Origin: Macrostomum lignano
Taxonomy: Eukaryota
NCBI GenBank assembly: GCA_002269645.1
Contig: NIVC01004195.1
Location: 1-55,772 of the forward strand
Length of the DNA: 55,772 bases
Direction: 5' to 3'
Below, piece by piece: positions 1 to 14,909 of this stretch. Numbering within the stretch: position 1 is the stretch's first letter; each line of letters begins with the position of its first letter. The notes beneath the pieces are model-generated. The model searched no databases and was not told where the DNA came from. It saw only the letters and a list, made by a program, of their open reading frames with translations. Position numbers and translations under genes: made by a program.

Positions 1-264
1 TGTTTTAAGCATATATATACTACTACTTTCGCCTGTGTCAGCTGTTATATGTATAGTTGTATCACTTCTGAGTACACCAAGTTACCTTGCTTTGTACGTG
101 TTTTTGTTTGTTCTTGTAAAAGTTTTTAGTAAAAAATATATTTGTGCTTATTCTGTTCTCAGCTTTCACTACACTAGAAGGTTCTGTTTTGCATTTTTTC
201 TTATAGAAAGTAGTTTAGATTTTTATATGCTACTTAGTAATAAAAAGTAGTAGATACTAAATAT

Positions 265-960
265 CACTCGTCAGTGGTATCCTTGCCAGTAGCATCATTC
301 GTCAGTAGTATCCGTCAGTAGCATCACTTGTCAGTAGTATCGTTGTCAGTAGCATCCTTGTCAGTAGCATCACTTGTCAGTAGTATCCTTGCCAGTAGCA
401 TCACTCGTCAGTAGTATCCTTGCCAGTAGCATCACTCGTAAGTAGTGTCCTTGTCAGTAGTATCCTTGTCAGTAGCATCACTTGTCAGTAGCATCACTTG
501 TCAGTAGTATCCTTGTCAGTAGCATCACTTGTCAGTAGTATCCTTGTCAGTAGCGTCACTCGTCAGCAGTGTCCTTGTCAGTAGTATCCTTGTCAGTAGC
601 ATCACTTGTCAGTAGTATCCTTGTCAGTAGCGTCACTCGTCAGCAGTGTCCTTGTCAGTAGTATCCTTGTCAGTAGCATCACTTGTCAGTAGTATCCTTG
701 TCAGTAGCATCACTTGTCAGTAGTATCCTTGTCAGTAGCATCACTCGTCAGTAGTATCCTTGTCAGTAGTATCCTTGTCAGTAGCATCACTTGTCAGTAG
801 CATCACTCGTCAGTAGTATCCTTGTCAGTAGTATCCTTGTCAGTAGCATCACTTGTCAGTAGCATCACTCGTCAGTAGTATCCTTGTCAGTAGCATCACT
901 TGTCAGTAGCATCACTCGTCAGTAGTATCCTTGTCAGTAGTATCCTTGTCAGTAGTATCG
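265..960. repeat. Minisatellite of interleaved 15/16-nt units (GTCAGTAGTATCCTT / GTCAGTAGCATCACTT) upstream of MetAP2
   Basis: Units read directly from the sequence; about 45 copies. Confidence 0.95.
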
Positions 961-1221
961 CTTGTGTAAAAATTCGCTTGGGTAGTTAACAAAACATTGA
1001 CATTCGGTGGACTGTATAGAATTTAATTTCTTTTGTCTGTGTCAAACTGATTGATTGCATGGCGTTAGCAACTTAACGATATTTCATAAATAATCCTGCC
1101 TTTTAACAATGCAATGCGCATTTTGGTTTCGGGGTTTGGTAAACACTACTGTGGGAGAAACAACATTATTAATTTTCCAAGAGTCCTCGATCGCCTGCTT
1201 CAGCTTGCAGTCCCCACCACC

Positions 1222-3983
<2,762 letters not shown>

Positions 3984-4894
3984 CCGGCCCTAACAACACG
4001 TGTTGCGCTTTCCGCATGCTGCATTGCATTGTCAGGGTCTGGAAATTCTCTCTTGGTGAATTAGCGCGCCACGCTGAGGCCAACTGTTAACTCCCATGGG
4101 TTTAGTTCGGCAGCGGGCTGATTAAGTGTGCAAGGGCGCTGGGAAAATACGAAAAGAACCTGAATTTACAATCAAGTCAAAACATAGCTACCTATTAATC
4201 CCACATGACCGGCCCCAGCTCCCCTTCCCCATGGCCTGCCTATTATTGGCTATCTCCCAGCTCTGTGTCAGAGTATTAGCAGTTCTGCGTGATTTCCTGT
4301 TATCGCACAACAGATCGCCCAGTGCCCACTGTTTCTCTCAATCATTAGGAAAAGCTCCTGTACAGCATGATGGCGTGCGTCTGTACCGCAGCAACTCAAG
4401 TGTTTCATTGTTTATTGTACTGTGCTGGATCAGCTTATTTAAAATATGATACGAGCCACCATCTTATTGGATTTCATTAGTATTTATGCTAAACATCTCG
4501 AGTCTTGCTTATTTATTTTAATAAAAGCATGTAGTTTGATAGGCTTGTGAATATGAGAAAGACGTCTCTCTGGAGACCAACCACCTTCCAAGCGAGCTGC
4601 CTTCCGTAAGCCTCCTTACTGAGAGGTGATAGTTTACCCTAAAATAGGGTTTCCCAGATGCATATTTACCTTGATGCCGATGGTGCCTCAATGTAATTTA
4701 TACAATGGGCAGCTTGCGACTCAGCTGTAATGTAAATATAAATGAGGAATTATTATCGCCCTATATTTTTAGTCTGCTTTATCCATAGACATGCGGCTGG
4801 CAGCTGCGGCTCAAATGCATTCCGTGCGCTTTCGATTGCAAAGCATTCACCTATCCCATCTCTATTGCACTCATGCTAATCTGCAGCCTCAGCC

Positions 4895-7222
4895 ATGTCC
4901 GCCATCTCCGTGCTCAACAGCAAGGCCGAGTTCGCCAGAGCTCAGCAAGCCCTCGCCATCAACATCACCGCCTCCCGCGGTCTCCAGGACGTCCTTAAGA
5001 GTAACCTGGGCCCCAAGGGCACCCTCAAGATGCTCGTCTCCGGTGCCGGCGACATCAAGCTCACCAAGGACGGCTGCGTGCTGCTCAACGAGATGCAAAT
5101 CCAGCATCCCACCGCCTCTCTCATCGCCAGGGTCGCCACCGCCCAGGACGACATGACCGGGGACGGCACCACCTCCACCGTGCTACTCATCGGCGAGCTG
5201 CTCAAGCTGTCCGAGGATCACGTGGCTGAGGGTCTGCACCCGCGCCATCTCACTGAAGGCTTCGAGATTGCAAAGGAGAAGGCGCTGGCAGTGCTGGAGC
5301 AGATCAAGATCCCCGTGACCCCGGCTGACCGGGACCTGCTGCTCAGCGTGGCCAGGACGTCGCTCAAGACCAAGGTGCGCCTCATTACTTAGTTTCAAAA
5401 GAGACTTGATGCGGCTTTGCAGCAGACATGCCAAACCAATTCCCCTCTTAGCAGCCTGAAACTCAGCAAAATTAGATGGAATTTTGCTTGGAATTTAGTT
5501 AATTGCTTTCGGGGTTTCAAGTGCCCCTCCTGGCAGTCTTACTGGCTTTGATTCAATTCTTGATTTCAATTGCAGGCGCGTTCTCCCTCTCTCTCGAGAT
5601 TAACTTTCCCTCTCATCCCACTCTCCATTATCCCGATCCCCCACTACGCAGGTGCACGCCGCCCTGGCCGAGCTACTCACGGAAGCCGTGACGGACGCCG
5701 TGCTGGCCATCCGGCAGGAGGGCGCTGAGCTGGACCTGAACCGCGTTGAGATCATGCAGATGATGCACAAGACCGACATGGACAGCAAGCTGGTCCGCGG
5801 CCTGGTGCTGGACCACGGCGTGCGCCACCCGGACATGCCGAAGCGCGTTGAGAACGCCTTCATCCTGGTGGCCAACGTGTCTCTGGAGTACGAGAAGACC
5901 GAGGTGAACTCCGGCTTTTTCTACAAGTCGGCCGCGGAGCGCGAGAAGCTGGTGCTGGCCGAGCGGGAATTCATCACTCAGCGAGTGCAGCGGATCATCG
6001 CATTCAAGGAGTCCGTCTGCTCCGGTGCCAACGCCGGCCGGGCCTTCGTGCTTATCAACCAGAAGGGCGTGGACCCCTACTCGCTGGACCTGCTGGCCAA
6101 GGCCGGCATTCCTTCGCTGCGCCGCGCCAAGCGCCGCAACATGGAGCGCATCGCGCTAGCCTGCGGCGGCTACGCTGTCAACTCTGTGAGCTCGCGTCCT
6201 CCCGTGCATTTGTTTTTTTCAAACTGAAAGTGCACCAATGCTCATCATGCGAGTGTTGCAGCCATCTAGCATAGAGTCGCCAAGTTTAGTGTCTGGCGCG
6301 AATTCAATTGTCAGGTGACAGCGATGTCACGTGGCAATGATGTCAAGATTTCAGGTAGTTTATTCACACTTTTTACTCTGGACTTGAAACTCCACAGGTG
6401 GACGACCTCGCTCCGGACTGTCTGGGCGAAGCCGGCCTGGTATACGAGTACACCCTCGGTGAGGAGAAGTACACCTTCATTGAGGAGTGCAAGCGGCCCC
6501 AGTCCGTTACTCTGCTGATCCGCGGCCCCAACAAGTACACGCTGACGCAGATCAAAGACGCCGTCAATGACGGTTTGAAGGCAGTCCGCAACGCCATCAA
6601 CGATGGTTGCGCTGTGCCCGGCGCTGGCGCCTTTGAAGTGGCCGCCAGTCGCAGCCTGACGCGCGCTGCTGAATCCGTGGCTGGTCGGGCCCGCCTGGGC
6701 GTCCAGACATTCGCTGATGCCCTGCTGGTGCTGCCTAAGGTCCTGGCTTCTAACGCTGGCCACGATTCGCAGGAGGTTTGTATGCTGTAACTGATGTGCC
6801 TTTCCCTGGGTATCGCAACTGTTATGTGGCTTGCCTCACCCAGGCCTTTAGTGGGTGCTACTGCACCCAGTCCTTCAGTGAGCCCTCTTATCCCCAGTCC
6901 TTCAGTGAGCTCCGCTACCCCCAGCCTTCAGTGAGCTCCGCTACCCCCGGTTCTTCAGTCTGAGGTATTTCAGAGCCTGTAATTAATATCCCAAACTCTC
7001 CAGGTGATGGTGAAGCTGCTGGAGGAGAGCCAGCGCAGCGGCGGCGCGGCCGTGGGCCTGGATCTGGCCACTGGGGAGGCCTGCCTGCCAGCCGATGCCG
7101 GTGTCCTTGACAACCACTGCGTGAAGAAGCAGATTGTGAACTCCGTGTCTGTCATCGCCGCCAACCTGCTGCTGGTTGACGAGATCCTTCGCGCTGGCCT
7201 GTCCTCCCTTAAGGGCGAGTGA
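4895..7222 (+). CDS. CCT6: T-complex protein 1 subunit zeta (CCT6); exons 4895-5374, 5652-6185, 6398-6775, 7004-7222; 536 aa
   Basis: [71 protein letters not shown]; canonical GT-AG introns; exon sum 1611 nt, in frame. Confidence 0.97.
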
Positions 7223-7285
7223 CCGGGCTGGAGTGACCGCACCGGGCTGGAGTGACCGGGCTGGAGTGACCGAGCTGGAGTGACA
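7218..7285 (+). repeat. Short repeat (GAGTGACCGGGCTG) whose first unit contains the CCT6 last codon and stop
   Basis: GAG-TGA-CCGGGCTG reiterated about 5 times, starting at the stop codon. Confidence 0.85.
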
Positions 7286-8111
7286 GCAGACGAGAGTGAC
7301 TACAAAGGAGTTTTGGCTATAAGTTTGGCAAATGTTCCACAATAGTTAGCAATATTTCTGAGGCAGCGCAAGCTGATTTATTGCTTCATTAGCTGACAGC
7401 TCGACTTCTTAGGGTGTTTTGCCTGACTTGTAGCGAGGCCGTTGATTGGTCATCGGATGGTTCTCAAACCTGTGTCCCTTCGCAAAAGAAGCCGTCTCTT
7501 GAGCACTGTTTACTGAAAGCGCGTTTCCTTCTCAAAATGTTTTTTTTACAAAATACTACAGCCCCTTAGTGCAAGCCTGTCGCTTCTGCCACCCGACTTC
7601 TTTTTACCTTAATCTGTGCTTACCGTTGTTTTTTATAATAGCTAAATGTACTTCTGCAACACCTACTTGACAGCTCATATTCGGCTAAATGTGTGCGTTT
7701 CTCGTTTGTTTACTAATTTCCCCTCTCTGAAGCCGTCTTCTTCAATATTCCCTGCATATTCAGACCGGCAATTTGCTTTTCTTTGTCCATCTGATGGTGA
7801 GGCAATCGAGAATGCTGAATGGTTGAGTGATAATTGCCCTGTTTAAGCTAAATGCAAAATAAATAAATAGCATGTGCAGCGCACTGAGCCGGCCAGCTGC
7901 CAGAGTGACTGCACTTCCCACCCTTGTTGGATTAATAAAGCATTTGCTTGAAGTTCGATCTTTTCAGTGGGATATGCAATAAGTTAGCTTATCCAGCCTT
8001 GCCTCCCAGTGCGATCCGTTCGTTTGCAGTGTGTTCTAGCTCGTGGAGACAGTCATCACTTCTGGAAGTCTAGATTGACAACAATATCTGTCTCCTATTC
8101 TGAAATAGATA

Positions 8112-8490
8112 GGGGGTTGTAGCCTAGTGGTTAGAGCGTCGGACTCACGAGTTAAAGGTCGGGGGTTCGATTTCCGATCCCGCTGGAACAATTTGTGTCC
8201 TTAAGGCTACTAAGAATACATTAATGAGACAATGTGTTTGTGCATATGGTTTTGTCATAGGCATACCATATATAGCTCGTATACAATCTACCATTGCTTC
8301 AGTTGTAAAATGGGTGCAAGCATTAGCTGGGGTTATCGAGGGTGTGTGGCCACCCCCCCGTCCTTGGACTGAACAGCCGCACGCAGCCTTCAGATGCGCC
8401 GCGCAATAGCTGCGGCTGAGCTGTCGGTTGCACATCTGCCCATTCAGACAGGTATAATAAGAAAATCGACCTCTAAATAAAAGGCTTGGA
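8112..8490 (+). mobile_element. tRNA-derived SINE-like element
   Basis: A-box TAGCCTAGTGG at 8120-8130, B-box GGTTCGATTTCC at 8164-8175, anticodon stem does not pair, and downstream TGTAAAATGGG (8304-8314) resembles the CORE-SINE motif. The 3' boundary is approximate. Confidence 0.65.
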
Positions 8491-8728
8491 ACGCATTGTC
8501 GAGATAGGAAGTTTCTGTTTTACAACACGAATCCGTTTGTTTGTCACTTTCTGGATTTCAATAGTTGCAAATAGAGTTGGTGTGTCTTGTGCTCCTCGTC
8601 CCTCTGACCCTTGGCCTGAAGTCTAGCGGGTGCGAAAGGCAGCGATTGCTTTTCCAAACTGGCAGCGGCCAGTCACTACTATTGACGTCTCTCAAACTGA
8701 CTTTGCCCCCTCCCCGCCCGCAGCAGCG

Positions 8729-9073
8729 ATGCCGCAGCTCACCCTGAGCACCAACGTGTCCGGCAGCCAAATTGACAGCCAGCTGCTGCGGGACCTCACC
8801 GACCTGCTGGCTCAGAAGCTGGGCAAGCCGGACTCCTACTGCAGTGTGCACATCAGCCCGGACCAGCGGATGGCCTTCGGCGGCACGGAAGACCCCTGCG
8901 GCCACGCCACTCTGCTGTCGCTGGGTGGCCTCAGCGCCAACCTGAACCGTGAAATCTCCAAGGCGCTGGCGGATTTCTTCAGCACCAGGCTAGGCATCCC
9001 GCCCAGCCGCTGCTACATTCGCTTCATTGACTGCCAGCGGCACGAGCTGGGCTGGAACGGCGGCACCTTTTGA
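8729..9073 (+). CDS. MIF: Macrophage migration inhibitory factor / tautomerase family protein, single exon, 114 aa
   Basis: M-P N-terminus (catalytic Pro), LGKPDSYCSVH, MAFGGTEDPC, LGIPPSRCYIRF, C-terminal GWNGGTF. Confidence 0.95.
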   Translation: MPQLTLSTNVSGSQIDSQLLRDLTDLLAQKLGKPDSYCSVHISPDQRMAFGGTEDPCGHATLLSLGGLSANLNREISKALADFFSTRLGIPPSRCYIRFIDCQRHELGWNGGTF

Positions 9074-9278
9074 ACTGCAGCAGCTGGGCTTAATTCAGCT
9101 GGCTTGAGTGCTGTGCCGATTCCTACCATTAGGGATTTTCTAACAGCTGGAGGAGTTCTACCATTGAGGATTTTCTAACGGGAGGATTTCTACCAAAGGG
9201 GATACTTCCCCGTTCTCAACAAAAAGGATTCCCACCAAAGGCTTGGATTTCGATATCTATAATTTAGATGGCTTATGA

Positions 9279-10155
9279 CCCTAACCCTAGCCCTAACCCT
9301 AGCCCTAACCCTAGCCCTAACCCTAACCCTAACCCTACAACCCTATAACCCTAACCCTATAACCCTATAACCCTAACCCTAACCCTATAACCCTAACCTT
9401 AACCCTAACCCTAACCCTAGCCCTAACCCTAGCCCTAACCCTAACCCTAACCTTACAACCCTATAACCCTAACCCTAACCCTATAACCCTAACCCTAACC
9501 CTAGCCCTAGCCCTGACCCTAACCCTAACCCTACAACCCTATAACCCTAACCCTATAACCCTATAACCCTAACCCTAACCCTATAACCCTAACCTTAACC
9601 CTAACCCTAACCCTAGCCCTAACCCTAGCCCTAACCCTAACCCTAACCTTACAACCCTATAACCCTAACCCTAACCCTATAACCCTAACCCTAACCCTAG
9701 CCCTAGCCCTGACCCTAACCCTACAACCCTATAACCCTAACCCTATAACCCTATAACCCTAACCCTAACCCTATAACCCTAACCTTAACCCTAACCCTAA
9801 CCCTAGCCCTAACCCTAGCCCTAACCCTAACCCTAACCTTACAACCCTATAACCCTAACCCTAACCCTATAACCCTAACCCTAACCCTAGCCCTAGCCCT
9901 GACCCTAACCCTAACCCTACAACCCTATAACCCTAACCCTATAACCCTATAACCCTAACCCTAACCCTATAACCCTAACCTTAACCCTAACCCTAACCCT
10001 AGCCCTAACCCTAGCCCTAACCCTAACCCTAACCTTACAACCCTATAACCCTAACCCTAACCCTATAACCCTAACCCTAACCCTAGCCCTAGCCCTGACC
10101 CTAACCCTAACCCTAGCCCTAACCCTAACCCTAACCCTAGCCCTAACCCTAGCCC
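9279..10155 (+). repeat. Interstitial telomere-type array (CCCTAA)n with variants and a ~190-196-bp higher-order repeat
   Basis: CCCTAA/CCCTAG/CCCTATAA units; the CCCTACAA marker recurs at ~9335, 9531, 9721 and 9917. Confidence 0.95.
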
Positions 10156-10764
10156 TTCGCCATGCCGTCTCGGTGAATGAACGTGAGCTCATTATTCACT
10201 GCTAAGTGAATCCAAGTCAGTCCAAAAGACAGCTAAAACGTGGCCAAACGCCCGTTAGTTGTTGAGTGTCTCCTAATTCAATTAGGATCCATTGGTCTCT
10301 GGTCTCTGTTGATTTTTTTATGTTTTCTTCACACGCCAGTTTTCCTGTACTGCATGGCTAACTTTGCAAACTTAGGTCAACAGAAAATTATTAAATTGAT
10401 TTTCCTTGCATAATTTCAATATTTCTATATTTATCCGCCATTATGCGCTTAGCGCTTTTTCTAGTCTAGCATGCGGGATGCCACAATTTGCAATCTTATA
10501 AGGCCATCGTGAAAATTAATTCCAGCTTAGCGGTTTAATATCTAAAAATTTCACTCTGTCCGTTTCGTTTTTGACAGCAAAAATCAGTAGAAATAAATGT
10601 ATTGCGCAATTTAGCTCGTAATTCAGTTTTCTAATAATACTTGCACAACTGACTAATGTTATGCACCTGATGTGCCTGGGTTGTGATGCACTTTATGCCT
10701 TAAGCTTTATTGAGAATACTAGCATGTAGTCTAGTTTTAATTCAAGGGCTATAGTATCTCTAAT

Positions 10765-11140
10765 GCAGATCCTATAGCATTAGGATGCAGGTCCTGTAGC
10801 ATTAGGATGCCGGTCCTGTAGCATTAGGATGCAGGTCCTGTAGCATTAGGATGCAGGTCCTGTAGCATTAGGATAGAGGTCCTGTAGCATTAGGATGCAG
10901 GTCCTGTAGCATTAGGATGCCGGTCCTGTAGCATTAGGATGCAGGTCCTGTAGCATTAGGATGCAGGTCCTGTAGCATTAGGATGCAGGTCCTGTAGCAT
11001 TAGGATAGAGGTCCTGTAGCATTAGGATGCAGGTTCTGTAGCATTAGGATGCAGGTCCTGTAGCATTAGGATGCAGGTCCTGTAGCATTAGGATGCAGAT
11101 CCTATAGCATTAGGATGCAGGTCCTGTAGCATTAGGATGC
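10765..11140. repeat. 22-nt minisatellite (GCATTAGGATGCAGGTCCTGTA) upstream of the JARID2-like ORF
   Basis: About 17 copies; most units contain CAG|GT. Confidence 0.95.
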
Positions 11141-11186
11141 CGCATGGTAGCACATTTCAGTACAGTTTTCCCGCATCACTAATTCG

Positions 11187-12119
11187 ATGCGCTCGTTGTT
11201 GCAGGCTGGGGCGCGTCAAAAAAAGAAAAAGCAGCAGAAGCGCCGCCCCGGCCAGCAGCTGCGGCATCGCCAGCTGCGGTCCCACAGCGGCCCGCCCGCC
11301 GGAGCGCCCAGCCGGCCGGCACCATGCGGCGACTTTCTCGGCCTGCCGTGGCGCGAGGAGGCGCAGCTGCGCAAGGCGCTCATCCTCAGCCTCCGCGACG
11401 GCCGGCCAGTGAGCCGCCGCACCGTGGAGCGCTCGATGGCCGCCGACGCCAACGCCACCCCTGCTGCTCCTACACCAGCCGCCGATCCACCAGCCGCCTC
11501 CGTGGCGTTGCGGGCCACTTCGATTGCTGCGCCAGCGGCGCCAAAATGCGCGACGCGCCAGCACTGCTCGCAGCCGCCACCGCCGGAGCTCCGCTTGGAC
11601 CCCCACACCGGCCGGCCCGTCTCCACCGTGGCCTTCCTCGACTTCCTCTGCTGCTATCGGGCCACAGCTGTAGCCGCCTCCGCCGCCGTGCCCGCTCGCC
11701 TACGCTGGCTCGCCTTGCCACCAAGCCTTCGTAGAATGAAGAAGCGACCGACTCTCCAGCAGCTGTCGGTGCCGCATGCACCGAGGCCGAGCCCCTTGGC
11801 CTCTGACCCGGAGACGCCCGGACCGCTGCAGCAGTGCCGGTCATCTCCGCAACCGCGCGAGCAGTCCAAAACTGTTAATGGTGCTGCTGACTGCCTTGAA
11901 TTCGGCAGGCACAGCGACAGCCAACTGCTGCACCAGCATCAGCAGGTGGCCGCTGCAACCAGAGCCAAACGTCGGGCTCTCGCAACGCTGCGAGCGGCGG
12001 CCGCCACCGCCGCTGCCGCTGTCAGTCACTCCGACTGCGATGAACGCGAGGAGCCGCAGCGGCCTTCTGAGGCGAGTCTCCAGTCGGAGCCGAGGCGCAG
12101 CCGGCGCCTTGCCGTCTGA
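11187..12119 (+). CDS. JARID2 N-terminal-like protein (UIM plus SUZ12-binding motif), ~305-310 aa, no JmjN/ARID/JmjC
   Basis: GLPWREEAQLRKALILSL (11340-11393) aligns with the JARID2 UIM GIPWSEERVVRKVLYLSL. AFLDFLCCYR..VPARL (from 11631) aligns with JARID2 DFLTFLCLRGSPALP. Both JARID2 motifs were recalled from memory. The start is either ATG 11187 or the acceptor at 11204. Confidence 0.72.
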   Translation: MRSLLQAGARQKKKKQQKRRPGQQLRHRQLRSHSGPPAGAPSRPAPCGDFLGLPWREEAQLRKALILSLRDGRPVSRRTVERSMAADANATPAAPTPAADPPAASVALRATSIAAPAAPKCATRQHCSQPPPPELRLDPHTGRPVSTVAFLDFLCCYRATAVAASAAVPARLRWLALPPSLRRMKKRPTLQQLSVPHAPRPSPLASDPETPGPLQQCRSSPQPREQSKTVNGAADCLEFGRHSDSQLLHQHQQVAAATRAKRRALATLRAAAATAAAAVSHSDCDEREEPQRPSEASLQSEPRRSRRLAV

Positions 12120-12126
12120 TCCCCTC

Positions 12127-12840
12127 TTAGACTGGCTCAGTTATCTTCTTGAGCTCGCATTGAGACCCGCTTAGACTGGCTCAGTTATCTTCTTGAGCTC
12201 GCATTGAGACCCGCTTAGACTGGCTCAGTTATCTTCTTGAGCTCGCATTTAGACCCGCTTAGACTGGCTCAGTTATCTTCTTGAGCTCGCATTGAGACCC
12301 GCTTAGACTGGCTCAGTTATCTTCTTGAGCTCGCATTGAGACCCGCTTAGACTGGCTCAGTTATCTTCTTGAGCTCGCATTTAGACCCGCTTAGACTGGC
12401 TCAGTTATCTTCTTGAGCTCGCATTGAGACCAGCTTAGACTGGCTCAGTTATCTTCTTGAGCTCGCATTGAGACCCGCTTAGACTGGCTCAGTTATCTTC
12501 TTGAGCTCGCATTGAGACCCGCTTAGACTGGCTCAGTTATCTTCTTGAGCTCGCATTTAGACCCGCTTAGACTGGCTCAGTTATCTTCTTGAGCTCGCAT
12601 TGAGACCCGCTTAGACTGGCTCAGTTATCTTCTTGAGCTCGCATTGAGACCAGCTTAGACTGGCTCAGTTATCTTCTTGAGCTCGCATTGAGACCCGCTT
12701 AGACTGGCTCAGTTATCTTCTTGAGCTCGCATTGAGACCCGCTTAGACTGATCAGTTAGCTTTCTGAGCTCGCATTGAGACCAGCTTAGACTGGCTCAGT
12801 TATCTTCTTGAGCTCGCATGGAGACCCGCTTAGACTGATC
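12127..12840. repeat. 44-nt minisatellite starting 8 nt after the stop of the JARID2-like ORF
   Basis: Unit TTAGACTGGCTCAGTTATCTTCTTGAGCTCGCATTGAGACCCGC, about 16 copies. Confidence 0.97.
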
Positions 12841-13526
12841 AGTTGTAAATGTTGAGTTTCCTCGCCACACTGTAGCATGATTCCCCCTGCCTGTCTCTCT
12901 TAGCCAATCATCTCGCACCGCCGCTGTTGATGAGCCACTTAATCCGAGATTATCTCGGCTGGTTCAGGTTTCTCCGATTCGCTCTCTGTCCATTGTTTGT
13001 TTCATCTGCTGTTTTTACTGTAGATATTGATTTTTATAGCCGGCTTTTACTTAAATGGCATATCGCGTGAACAGCACTGACTGTATGTTTCCACACTGCT
13101 AATCCACATTTATTCACTTTGGTTTCTTTAGTTACGATTTTCTGTGCTTCAGTTGGCATCTCATCATTTAACTGCTTTTACTGAAATTCTCTTTTTTATT
13201 TCAAGCAGAGCTGCTGCAACTTTTTCTGGCCTGCCGGAAATGCAAGTTTTGTAAAGACTGTTACCATGGTCGCAGACGCTTGTAAATAGGCCACTTTTTA
13301 ACTCGCATTCTGGCCAAATACACGCACTTAAGCCATTGTCGCTGACTGACTTTGCTAGCATTTGCACGGGTGTACTCGCTTTATTTTTCTTTATATGGCT
13401 TGGCAACGATTGGTTCCTCCCTCACTTTAGCTTCCAATGTAAGCACTACTTCATGGCTCAATGGTGCTTCAAAATTGAAATTCTTTCCACTTTCTCTCTA
13501 CCTCCCTTGCAAGCACTCTGGCATCG

Positions 13527-14845
13527 GGTTCCCCGTGTTAGCAGTTCCCCGTGTTATCAGATCCCCGTGTTAGCAGTTCCCCGTATTAGCAGTTCCCCGT
13601 GTTATCAGTTCCCCGTGTTATCAGTTTACCCGATGTTATCAGTTCCCCATGTTATCAGTTCCCCGTGTTAACAGTTACCCGATGTTATCAGTTCCCCGTG
13701 TTATCAGTTACCCGATGTTATCAGTTCCCCGTGTTATCAGTTCCCCGTGTTATCAGTTCCCCGTGTTATCAGTTCCCCGATGTTATCAGTTCCCCGTGTT
13801 ATCAGTTCCCCGATGTTATCAGTTCCCCGTGTTATCAGTTCCCCCGTTCCCCGTGTTAGCAGTTCCCCATGTCATCAGATCCCCGTGTTATCTGTTCTCC
13901 GTGTTATCAGTTCCCCGTGTTATCAGTTCCCCGTGTTATCAGTTCCCCATGTCATCAGATCCCCGTGTTATCAGTTCCCCGTGTTATCAGTTCCCCGTGT
14001 TATCAGTTCCCCATGTCATCAGATCCCCGTGTTATCTGTTCCCCGTGTTATCAGTTCCCCGTGTTAGCAGTTCCCCGATGTTATCAGTTCCCCGTGTTAT
14101 CAGTTCCCCGATGTTATCAGTTCCCCGTGTTATCAGTTCCCCCGTTCCCCGTGTTAGCAGTTCCCCATGTCATCAGATCCCCGTGTTATCTGTTCTCCGT
14201 GTTATCAGTTCCCCGTGTTATCAGTTCCCCGTGTTATCAGTTCCCCATGTCATCAGATCCCCGTGTTATCAGTTCCCCGTGTTATCAGTTCCCCGTGTTA
14301 ACAGTTACCCGATGTTATCAGTTCCCTGTGTTATCAGTTACCCGATGTTATCAGTTCCCCGTGTTATCAGTTCCCCGTGTTATCAGTTCCCCGTGTTATC
14401 AGTTCCCCGATGTTATCAGTTCCCCGTGTTATCAGTTCCCCGATGTTATCAGTTCCCCGTGTTATCAGTTCCCCCGTTCCCCGTGTTAGCAGTTCCCCAT
14501 GTCATCAGATCCCCGTGTTATCAGTTCCCCGTGTTATCAGTTCCCCGTGTTATCAGTTCCCCGTGTTATCAGTTCCCCATGTCATCAGATCCCCGTGTTG
14601 TCAGTTCCCCGTGTTATCAGTTCCCCGTGTTATCAGTTCCCCATGTCATCAGTTCCCCGTGTTATCAGTTCCCCGTGTTATCAGTTCCCCGTGTTATCAG
14701 TTCCCCATGTCATCAGATCCCCGTGTTATCTGTTCCCCGTGTTATCAGTTCCCCGTGTTATCAGTTCCCCGTGTTATCAGTTCCCCGATGTTATCAGTTC
14801 CCCGTGTTATCAGTTCCCCGATGTTATCGGCTCCCGTGTTATCAG
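13527..14845. repeat. Minisatellite of ~15-16-nt units (CCCCGTGTTATCAGTT) with ~300-330-bp higher-order blocks, upstream of RanGAP
   Basis: Read directly; the CCCCCGTTCCCCGTGTTAGCAG block recurs near 13840, 14140 and 14470. Confidence 0.95.
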
Positions 14846-14909
14846 TCAGTGCCTGCAGCTGGATGACCCAATGCTATTCTCTATAATCCCGCCTGCCCTC
14901 AGCCAATTC

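Noticed and set aside
1114-1221. ORF-track start at 1114 for MetAP2
   Set aside because: The upstream stretch is AT-rich and non-homologous; an acceptor (TTGCAG, 1210) and a good-context ATG at 1222 are a better start.
8112-8185. Functional tRNA gene
   Set aside because: A and B boxes are present, but the anticodon and acceptor stems do not pair; better explained as a SINE head.
9279-10155. True chromosome end
   Set aside because: Unique genic DNA on both sides, many variant units and an internal higher-order structure.
13599-14886. Long ORFs made of repeats (also 1709-2180, 2892-3341, 24258-24944, 51892-52754) and the 873-aa RanGAP N-terminal extension
   Set aside because: These are translations of stop-poor minisatellites; homology starts only at the true exons (RanGAP at ATG 14910).
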